Below, in pieces: positions 30,301-42,300 of a DNA stretch of 64,000 nucleotides. Both the position numbers and the translations under genes were made by a program. The first letter of the stretch is position 1, and the number at the start of each line of letters is the position of its first letter. The stretch lies in the NCBI GenBank assembly GCA_024704765.1, contig JAKMXF010000299.1:62001-126000 (forward strand). Direction: 5' to 3'. The notes beneath the pieces are model-generated. The model was given only the letters and a program-made list of their open reading frames with translations, made no database searches and was not told the origin of the DNA. Source of the DNA: Oopsacas minuta (Eukaryota > Animalia > Porifera).

Positions 30301-33300
30301 GAAGCTGAACAAGTCAGATAAACGAATAGGAGAAGAGTCAATCATTCCACCGAATATATACATCCTGTTACCCTGTATAGCTGCTGAGTGGAATAGTCTA
30401 CCGTTAGGTATCTGTGATCCAGGAGCTGGGTCTATCTTTTCCCAGGAACTAGACTCTACATCGAACTTATGCAATTCATTAGGTAATGTTCCATCAGCTG
30501 ATCCCCCGAATACATACAGACTGTCTCCATGAGCTACCATAGTGTGTCCATACCTTCTCTGAGGTGGATATGGTCCGAATCTGAGAAGGTACTCAGTTTG
30601 TATCTTAGTCCAGGTCTAAGGATAACTCTGTATAACTATACATGCATATTGTGTTGTTTAGTAACTATGCTTACCTGCTCTGCGAAGGAGAACTGATACA
30701 AATTGTTGGTTATCTTAGCGCCACTTTGTCCTGAGAACACATACATATGACCCTTAATGGTTGCCATGGGGAAGTTACAGCAAGTAGGCGGACTTTCTCC
30801 CACCTGTCTGACACACTCCCATTGTACAGCACTGTGTACAGATATGTTAATCCTCCACATATCATTTAGTCGTGTGGTACCGTCATAGCCCGCAAACACA
30901 TACAACCAGTTCTGGTACACACAAGATCCGTGGGCGGATCTGCTAGCGGGGTAGCGGTCTCTTATGACGTCAGACCAGTCTACCCAGTGTCTGTTTATAA
31001 ATCTATATTATTGTATTAATATACACAAATGTTAAAGTTACATGCTGTAATTCATAACTTACTTGAATTCCAGAAGGTCATTTTGGTTTCTAAGTTGAGC
31101 ACTCGTATCTCCCGTGTATCCTCCAAACACAAACATACTATCCTTATACACGACAGCAGAGTGGTGGTAACGAGGAGAGGGGGGACTCCCCCAGGTGTAC
31201 ACACGGTCCCAGCTCTTCTGGTCTATCCGAAACATCAACAAGTCATTGAGCATCTTCTTTCCGTCATCTCCCCCAAATGTGTATATCCCTCCATCCCATG
31301 AAACAGTAGTGTGTTTACTTCTAGCCGGCACAATATCAATGCAGCTCTGTAGCATATGCCATTTATGGACGATACATTTCTGGTTGAAATCAAGAGCCAT
31401 TAGATTAACATACTCGTCTTCTACAGCTGGTCCTCTATCCTCTGAATGGTAGTTAGGATTGATTGAATGATACAGATTGGGATGCTGATCATAGGACATA
31501 GATTTGCCATCAAATGACGCCATAGCTATATAATCTGTATTTCTGTAGAATATTAGTTGCTATTATAAAGTGCTATTTGAATTTACTGAAAAGCAATTGA
31601 ATTTCATAGAAGTTTTACTAAATTTACTATCGTTATCATTTAGTAGTGTTTCCAGTTATTCTCAATGTTGAAGGATAATTAATTAATATTTTATTAGAGT
31701 AGCCAGAATGAATCGTAGGTAGATTTGTTAAAATCATTTTATTTTAAGAAATCATTAAATTTTGCAATTTGTACAAGTCTCATTAGGTAGTCAGACAGTA
31801 GACTGCTTATAGCTAGCAGTGTCTAGTATTTTCACTCCGCACATCCCACATATGCCTTTTTTATAAGCGCAAGCAGGACAATAGTTGTAGCCAGATTGGT
31901 GCAGCTGATCCTTGCATAAGCGACATGATCTAAAGACAGAGTAAGGAGAAAATCTGCACTTTTTGCCGCTCAATAGCTTGTTCTCTCCCAGCTTAACCTT
32001 TCCGCTACTCACTGTGTTTCTAGCTCCATCTTTCCACACGTCTGGAGTAGCCACCTTTCCCAGTTTCTTCTCGCATTTCTCGCAAACCATATATAAATAC
32101 TCTAGATCTCAGAAAATTAAGAATTATGTTTTGGAAATATAAATGAACTAGTCAACTGCATTATGTTGACACTTTGTCATCAGATATTCAGTTATATCAC
32201 TAATGCATAATGAATTGAGGTTTATAATTGGATTCTGAATGAGATAATACCTGAATTATACCATACTAGTGCGGCCTAACTAGTGGAAGTAAAAGGTAAA
32301 TGACAATAATACAAATCCCAACCATGGATACCTATAAAGAATTCGAAACTGAGTTGTAGTGAAGTTTTCTAATAGCTAGGAGTTGAGAGGGAAGTCGTAT
32401 GGTGAGGTCAACTGACTGATCCAGTTCTCCCTCTCCAATATCCCCTTACTCACGATCTCTCTTAGTTTCATTCCTTGCTCAATACTATATTTCCTATCTC
32501 CTATCTTCTCTACTGGTATCAATAACCTTGTAGCTGAGGTGGTAAACACCTCATCAGCTTCCAACACTTCCTTGAGAAGATATCTAATTGTATGAATTAA
32601 ATAAAATGAGTAATTAATTACACATGAAGATACATACTTTCCAATGTTGATCTTATACCCAATGTTTTGTAGGATAGTCATCACGATGGTAGCGGTAATA
32701 GAAGGCAGTATTTTCATCTGTTTGACAGAGGACGTGAATATCTCGCCATTCTTTAGCCAGATAATTGAGAAAGTGGGTCCTTCTAGCACATGCCCATCGT
32801 GTGACGTCAGCAACGCATCGTTATAACCTTCCTTCACTGCCATTCTGGTCATCAGCATGTTAGGTCCATAGCTCATCCATTTCATAGCTCCACTAGTGTT
32901 GCTATGGTAACAACTCCAAGGGAACTCCATAGGAAGTAGAGTTCCTGGTATCTTGTACTTGGTATGTGGATGCCATAATATAATCACACTCTTAGGGGCG
33001 AATTTACTGCCATCTACTCCTGGGTTATCTTCTAGCATCCCTCGGGTGAATAACATTCTAATCTTTCCAGGACCTCCTAGTTCTGCTATCTTCCTCATCC
33101 ACTGCTCCAGCTGTTCTCTGCTCTGCTCTATCTTATAAAGCATCTGCTCTGCACACCTGAACATACGTACGAAGTGTAGATCTAGTCCTACTAGCAGTAT
33201 CTTTCCTTCTGCATTCTTATCCACGTAGATAATATCGAAAAATCCATCCCCTCTTTGTACAGTCAAGTCCCATACTGATATTGCTGCTGTGTTAGCATCC

Positions 33301-36300
33301 ACTAACTCTCCGTTTACCAGTACTGGTGAGCTAGCTGACATACTAAGCAGAAATGTAAAGAGAATAATACAACTAAATATGTGAATTATTTCTATAAGTT
33401 TTATATTATTGTAGTGCATAAAATTACGTATCTAAGGAGTAAGGACGTAATTCATACTAATCTCTTATCTTTAGCTCCAGGTGAGCAGAGAGCTGAATGC
33501 GTTAGACACACCCTTCGTCCCTCTCCTCATCAGCTGCAAAGACCATCGTGCCCCATTCTTTGAAGCCTACGCAGCTATTAATATCAACATAACTCATGCT
33601 AACCCCAACTTCCTAATCTGTGAGACACCACTGACAATTCATCAATGTGAGCAGCTGTCAGATGTCATGCTATCTGACATAATATGCTACCATCCAGTGT
33701 ATCAATATGCCTCTCAGCTGACCTATGTGATGTCTGATACAAGATTTGAAGTATGTGCTAATTCAGTGAAATATACTCTACATTCATTTTCGTTATTTGT
33801 TTAGGAACAATACGGACAAATCCTGCTAAATACTGAGCTTGACTATGAAGCTAGGACGAGAATAGATTTCCAGATAACTGTGAGTGATCCCTTAGACAAC
33901 CTCCTGTCAGCTGTCATAGATGTCACTTTACATGTACTCCCTTTCAACGAGTTCATGCCTGGGCTCTCTAACACTGAGTACCATGTCAGTGAGAACCAAG
34001 TACCTTTCCCTCAATTCTCACTGGAAGCAAGTGATCAGGACCATGGACTGCATGGACAGTTTATTTTCCAGTTTGATACCATAGGTGGTAAGTAGCATAC
34101 ACACCTCACCTATTCCCATTTCTTATACATATCTGTCCCTAGACAATCTCCCATTCACTCTCTCTGAGGACGGTGTAATATCAGTAACGGGTATCTTAGA
34201 CCATGAGGGTACTAGTGATTATACAATAGACATCAAACTAACAGATAAATTAGATCCAGATAGTATGCCCTGTGATAGCAGTACTCTAACTAACATACAG
34301 AGCATACAGATTGTTGTTGATGACGTCAATGAACAGGCTTCTTTCGTAAACACTCCTTACAGCTTTGAAGTATTAGAAACCACACAAATTGGTGCTTTTA
34401 TCGGCAGTGTAGAGTGCAGGGATCCAGATCAGGAATTTGTTGATAACGGAAGAATAAGGTTTGTTACACTGCAATATAGATAGAAATATATCAATTCTTC
34501 ATATTTGTAGATATTCAGTAGCTTTTGGTACTAGCTTGATATCTATTGGATTGACTAGTGGGAGTGTTACATTACAACTACCAATAGATTTCGCTGTTAG
34601 TGCTGGTTTTACAGTAAGTATACGGTGTCAAGATCTAGGAGTTCCTTCTCTACATGATACCTCAGAAGTGTTCATATCTGTCAAGCCTGTCATAGAATTT
34701 GACCAAGTTATATTTACAGCTGATCTGCCTGAGAACTCTGGTGTAGGGACGTTTATACAAACAGTAAGGATAATTTAGCTATTCACACAGAATATTTACA
34801 CTTTTATTCTATAGGTATATCTCTCTACTCAATCTATTGCTTCTCATAACTTCATTTCCCTCTCATTCTCATTTGTAACTGATCCTACAGCTGGTGTTAT
34901 TGTTATTGACAGTATAACTGGAGTCCTGACCTTGAACCAACCAGTTCCATTTGGTATAAATAACAACAAGTATGTTATTACTGTACAAGCAACTGCAGAT
35001 GTTTTGAGTAGTGACGGGACTATAAGTGAGACTATAACAACCGCTCAGCTGATAATTAACATAGTAAATGACACCTATTTATACTTCCCGATCTCCTACA
35101 CCGCTAATGTAACAGAGAATGTTAGAGATATATCTCTGCTCACAGTCATGGCTATTAATAACGTTACAAACACTGCAGATAATATTCTATACACATTATC
35201 AGAATTGAGTAGTGATTTTGAAGTGAATAACATTACAGGAGAATTCTTACTTATATCACCTTTAGATAAAGAGATACAGTCCATGTATACAATAGTGATT
35301 AGAGCGTATGATATGTTTAATACCAGTATAAGAGCTAGGACGTTTGTAACTGTTAGAGTATTAGATTTGAATGACGTCACACCGGTATGTGTCAGCTTAG
35401 CTGATAGCTATATAACAGGACATTATTTCGCAGTTCCCCAGATACTCACTCCACTTCTCAACTGTACTGATCTAGATGCAGAGTCTCCTAACAATAATAT
35501 TACCTATTCATTGATTGAGTATAATTTCCCTAACATATCGATAGACAGTACAACTGGTAGGATATCTGGTATTGGGAATTTAACACTAGGGTTCCATGAC
35601 CTGATGGTATTAGTATTAGATAAAGGGATTGATCCTGGACCTCTTAATGCTACTGAGATAGTTACCCTACAAGTAACGAGGAATGATTTCAATCCTCAAT
35701 TCATAAACGTGACCTCTTTTATTGAACTGTTTGAGAACCATACCCTTACTCCTATACTCGCCATATTTGTATCAGATGAAGATACAGGACCGCCAGGTGA
35801 CGTAATCATCAGCTATAAGGTAATATCACCTAATAATGATGACGTATTTGCTATAAATGCTGCTATAGGAGTATTGAGTTTGATTGCTCCATTAGATTAT
35901 GAACGTACACGTGAGTATATCATAGAACTTAATGCTACTGATAATGGAAGGCCCAGGCGCTCTAATACAACTATGCTGACAATAACGGTGATTAATTTGA
36001 ACGATGAGAGCCCTTACTGTGGTGTATTACCTTCTATACAGCTTGATTTTGATAACCATTTCCCAGATTTATTATATCAACTCTCTTGTGTTGATCCTGA
36101 TAATCTAACAGATCTGTTATTCTATTCAATAAACACGAGTAATACAAGTTCATATTTCTCTATATCTGAAGAAGGTGTTATCCAAACTATTAGCTCTTTT
36201 GTATCTCTATCTTCTCCAATATTTCCTGTAGCTCTGCCTATTCCGATAGTAGTAGCAGAGAATGATTCAGATCTAACTTCTCTCATATATCTTAACGTGT

Positions 36301-39300
36301 TATTAGGAGAGTCTGGATTTGTATTAGAGTTCATAGCCTCCCCTCCTCTCTCCCTCCCTGAGAACTCTCCTATAAATATGCCAATAGCTACATTCATTGC
36401 ATCAGCTAATCCTACTCAAACTAACCTACTTATCCGTTACTCTATTCGTAGTATAACTCCAGAGGATGTGTTTGAGATTAATACTATCTCTGGAGAGCTG
36501 ACACTCTCTCAAAACATAGATTATGAAGATGTTACCGAATATAACGTATCTATACGAGCAGTAGATAACGCTATCTATATGAATATACGTATATTATACA
36601 CGACTATATCTATTATAGATATTTGTGATAACCCCCCTAAAGTTAATCATACACAATCTAGTATCGTTATACCACAAGGTACTGGTATTAATGTCATGCA
36701 CACTTTCCCTTGTTCAGATCGTGATGCGGGGAACAACGGAGAAATATTCTGCTATGTCAATAGCATTCAGCCTATTGTCGATAGTGGAGACCCTCTATTC
36801 GTTATGGCAGGATGTGATCTCATGCTGAATAGAATACTCAATGGTATATGCGAGCTAGAATATAACTTACTAATTAACTGCTCTGATTTGTGTGATGATA
36901 CAAGCCTACGGACAAACTTGTCATTTGAATTCCAAGTTAATATAATACTTGAGGATCTAGAGAGGCCTAGGCTAATGAGTGATGACCTTTATCCTGCTGC
37001 AATATTTATTTTGGAGAATCAAACTGTTCCTTTTGAGATTGATGTAGCTAATGACCACTTTATAGACCGAGACTGTAGCCCTTTTAATCAAACATTCTTT
37101 AATATCATTCACACCCCTTCTGGCTATATGATTTCTGATAAGAATGAAGGACGGATTGTCTTGAACAGAACAATTGATTTAGAGAAAGATGAACTGTTTA
37201 TCTCGCGATTACAACCTAGAATACGTAGTGTACTGACTGTATATGATTGTGAAGAGTTGTTGTCTTCATGTCAAGGAGAAACTAATATGGATTTTGTCTA
37301 TGTTGTATATATAGAAGATGTGAATGATAACCGTCCTTATTGCAACTCTACCATTACTCATCTTACAATTCCTGAGACAGATCCTCTCAATAAAAATCAT
37401 ACTACCTCTGTTATATGCTACGATATAGACAGATCTGCTGATAAATTTGGGATGGTGTATTTTGAAATTGACCCGAATAATTCTATCGCAAAAGAAACCT
37501 TTGAAGTGTTCAGTAGTTCAATTCAACCATCAGTAGGCAATGCTCGTAGACTTAAGCTCCGTCTCGTCAAGCCTCTTGACTATGAGAACATTACCCAATA
37601 TGTTGTACTCATCAGAGTATATGATGGAGGATTGCCTTCATTGTACAGTGATGACGTCATTACTCTAACAGTAGCTGTAGCTAGTGTTAACGAACATCTA
37701 CCTTTCTTTGAGAATAAACTTGAGAAGTTATCCCTGTCGGAGGATTTTAACATTTCTAACATTGTACACACTTCAACAGTGATAGATCTTGATCACGCGC
37801 CAGATAACAGAACTCTGTATCAGCTGTCAGTTAACCCAGACGAAAAGTTCTTAATAAATATCACTAATGGAGAGATAACTCTAGCATCTAGTCTAGACAG
37901 GGAACAAGTACATTTATACCGTCTTGTTGTATTAGCTACAGAAGACACGTTAGAACCACACAACCACACAGCTGCACAGACTATTGAGATTACCATAACT
38001 GACATTAATGACAATTCTCCTCAACTAGATTTACCTGCTGTTCCTATACAAATACAACAGAATGTTTCTATCGGTGAAATACACTCATTTCCTTGTTCAG
38101 ACGCTGACATAGACGATAATGGTATATTCAGATGTGACGTCACTTCTCCAGTGTTTAATAACATATTCATACTTAACGTCAAATCCCCTAATTGTAGTCT
38201 ATCTTTAGAGAGTATTCCTGTTCCTAACTGCAATGCATCTCTCATGCATGACTTAGATATTAACTGTACAGATTCTGGGTATCCTAGTTTGAATAGTTCT
38301 TTCAGTGTGAGTGTTGTTGTTGATTTGGTTAATCTACAAGACCCTGTTGTATCCAGTTCTCTCGTTCCTATCCCTGTCTCAGAATCTACCCCTGTTCCTA
38401 CTCTTTTGATAGATATTAGTCAGTTTGTTAGTGACGGGGATTGTCAGAATTTTGGAGTAGTAAAATTCTTCATTAACAATCAATACCCTAGTTTACCTGC
38501 TTACCTATCGCTATCTGAACTGGGAGAGATATACCTGATCAATCAGCTGGATTTTGATACCCCTTACTTTGGATCGCCACCCTCCTTACAACTTGAAGTT
38601 GTAGCGCGAGATAATCCTGGTGCTGTCACTAGCAGAGAGGTTATATTCAATACTACATTCCTGATACAGGATACTAATGACAACCCACCCACTTGTAATG
38701 ATCTCTCTGTCACTATATCGATTGAAGAGGGATATCTCTCTACCCACAATCTATCTACAGTATGTAATGACATAGATAGTGGTTCTAATGGTAAACTTAA
38801 CTCTACTTTTGTATCAGATCATGATTCTCTATTTCTATTCTCAAACATTCCCTACAACACATCACACTCTCTTATATCTATAACTCTGGTAAAATCATTA
38901 GACTTTGAGATGACAGAATCTTATACAGTTATTGTATTTGTATCAGATCAAGGTATGCCACAATTGGATATAACTATCTCTGTAACAATTCTGGTTATAA
39001 ATATAAATGACAACACTCCTTTCTTTACCAACCCTCCAGTCTCTAATACTATAGTAGAGAATGATCCGCCTGGTAACCTATCTGTTATATCAGCTGATGA
39101 TGATGATAAGGGAATATTCGGTCAGCTGATGTACATTTTAATAACAGCTATATACGACAATCGATCTACTCCCATAGACATTAGTATTGGTAATACAAGT
39201 CAATTTGAAGTAGGACTATATTCAGGTGAACTCAGACAGCTGATGCCAATAGACTTTGAACTTAACGTATCATTCCTCTTCGGTATTATAGCAGAAGACC

Positions 39301-42300
39301 TAGGCTCTCCTCCTAACTATGTTAAGGAATATTTTAACATAACAATTGAGAATATAAATGAGTTTGCTCCAAATATAGTACTCCCATCTCCTGGATACAT
39401 CCTACAAGGAGCTCCTGTTAACTCAACTGTTGCATTTGTTAATGTGACAGATGAAGATCGTGATGACACGTTCTCCTGTAACATACGCACTGATTCTATT
39501 CCCTCACCTACAGCAGTAGGCTTATTCACTCTAAGTAGTGTCCCTGAAGGAGTATACATTATACTAGATCAGCCTGTTGTCTGTAACGATCAGCTGTTAT
39601 ATCAGCTGAATATTGTCTGTACTGATAATGCTATCAATTCTCAATCTTCTCTGGCTGTGTTCAATATTAATATACTTTCTCAGGATTTAAATATCCCTAT
39701 TCCATCAACACATACTCTCTCATTTAATATCAACGAGAACGAAGCTCTCAATACTGTAATAACCAATATATTCACTCTGTTATTCGATCCAGATTGTGCT
39801 ATGAATGGATCTTATAGCTACTCTATTATTCTTCAAATTCCAATTAATCACAATTACCTGACTATTAACGCCTCATCGGGAGATGTGTTAATTAACGATA
39901 ATATAGATTATGAATCTCAATTATTCGTATCCACTCTCCCTAAGGTAGAGATCAGGATACAAGTACACGATAATCTCTTGACAGGACCAACCCCTCTCTC
40001 TTCTCCAATCATCCTGGAGGTCAATATAATTGACCTCAACGACAATCCACATATGTGTACTCCTAATGACAATTTCTCAGTACACGAGGATATGATCTTA
40101 GAGATCCCCACTAAAATAACCTGTACAGACAGTGATACATTTACTAATATAACAGCAAAGCTAATTGAAGTGAACTCTAAATTCAGTGTGAAGATGGTTA
40201 GAATCATTGATACAACATACAGGCTATATGTCAATGTTACTAAGCTTAACTTTGAGGATACTCAAAATCACACTCTACTGGTTCTCATATGGGATCCAAC
40301 TAACCCAGATTTTAACCAGACAGTAACCTTACATATTCAGGTGCTCAGTGTCAACGAGTTTGCTCCATTCCTTTTCATCAATACCATGAACATATCAGAG
40401 AACAATAATGTTGGAATAGAATTACTAGATTTGAGTGATTATGTGATCAATACTGAAGGAAATGAGAGCTTAATATTCTCTATGATAAGTCAGGAATACC
40501 CTTTCCCGTTAGAATTAGATCCCAATACAGGTATCCTTACTCTCAATACATCTCTAGACTATGAAAACCCAGACCATAGATCGATCATGCTACAAATTGT
40601 AGTTACTGATACTGGAATACCTCCAATGTCCAGCCCTCTAGCTACACTTACACTCACTTTGATTGATTTAAATGACAATCCTGTCACTATAGATTACATT
40701 AACAACCAAAGTGATTTCCAAATATTACAGTCACAAAACAGTGGAATTGTAGCTAAACTAAGTTGCATTGATCCTGATACTTATCTTTCTAATATACTTT
40801 TCAATTGTTCTCTCGACCCATCAAGTAATCCTATGAACTTTGGAAGTGACGTATTCTTTCTTTCCTATTCAGAATTTGTTTGTGATATACTGGCTATACA
40901 ATACCCTCCGTGTATTGATCAATTTGTATACAATTTAACTGTGAACTGTGAAAATACAAACGACCCCCATTGGACAAGTTCATTTGATATTCAAGTTCAT
41001 CTCATCCCCGAGAATTTAGTTGCACCCTCCGCCGGAGATGTATTTCCTATCTTGGAAAACACTATTTCAGAATTAGACACAGCTAATTTCCCAATAATCG
41101 TTCCTTCCACTAGTGATATATCAGAGAAAGTCTCAGATTCAGATTGTGGTGTATTTGGTGAGATTTTATTTCGTGTTGATAGAGTCAAGTCTAGAAACCT
41201 TGAGTATGTATCTGTGAATAATCGTACTGGTGAGGTCACGATAATCAGAGAGGTAGACGCGGAGGTACTTAAGCTGCAAATAGGTACCAAGCGGATAAAT
41301 ATCTTCATAGATGTGGTGGATAATAATGGAGAGGTTGGCTACTTGATATTCAATGCGAGTGCTAATGCTACTAACTTGATCACTATAGATATACAGGACG
41401 ATAACGATGAACCGCCTTCGTGCAATATAAGAAGTTTATCCCTGACCTTACAAGAAGAGAATGCTAATATGTCTAAGGTACCAGGTGGTCAATTCATATG
41501 TATGGATAATGACAGTTGTCCTGTGCCTGGAAGGGAGATAACAGCAAATGCTTCGTACCCATTTGGAATTATTGCAACAGCAACTATGTGTGTTGATGAA
41601 ACTAAGCTATATGAACCCGCTGTGTTTGAGGTTTTCGCATATTCCATCAATTTAGAAGTACGTAAACAAGTTGTTTATGAGATTGAAATATTTGTTAGTG
41701 ATAGTATAAACTCAATCACTATACCAGCAACTATTACTATTCTAGATTTACCAGAGTTCCCTATCGAATTCTCTCAATCTTCTTACGAATTAATTATTAA
41801 CTATACAGCTCCTGTAGGCCTTGTAGACTTCTTTGTTACAGCTACTGATGATGACTTTACAAGTGAAATCAGGTACCAACAATATATCCCCCTCCAACAA
41901 TGCTATTTATATTATGTTGTGATCTATATCTCTCTTTTAGATACACTTCTGATAACCAGTCCTTCTCAGTAGACTATATGAACGGGAGTATCTATATTGA
42001 ACGTAATTTTTCATTAACTGGCAACACAACATTTGAGGGTATCATAACAGCTACTGAGTTAAATACAGCTGATACAACAGCTGTTACTCTAAATATTATA
42101 GTCAATCATCCTCCCATTTTTACAAAGCATAACGTAACAGAATACTGTGTAGATGATATTACAACATTTATATCTCTGAATTATTCAGATAACAACCTGA
42201 ATACTCCAGGACAAGATAAAGTGAGATTTTATTTCCTAAGTCTATCCAACCCTCTCTTAACTAACATCACTACCAACTCAACAAGTTAGTTATTAACTAA

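Noticed and set aside
30924-30941. Perfect hairpin AGATCCG-TGGG-CGGATCT
   Set aside because: Lies in a Kelch-coding exon of LZTR1 (SRSAHGS); a 7-bp stem is expected by chance in 64 kb and there is no U-tract.
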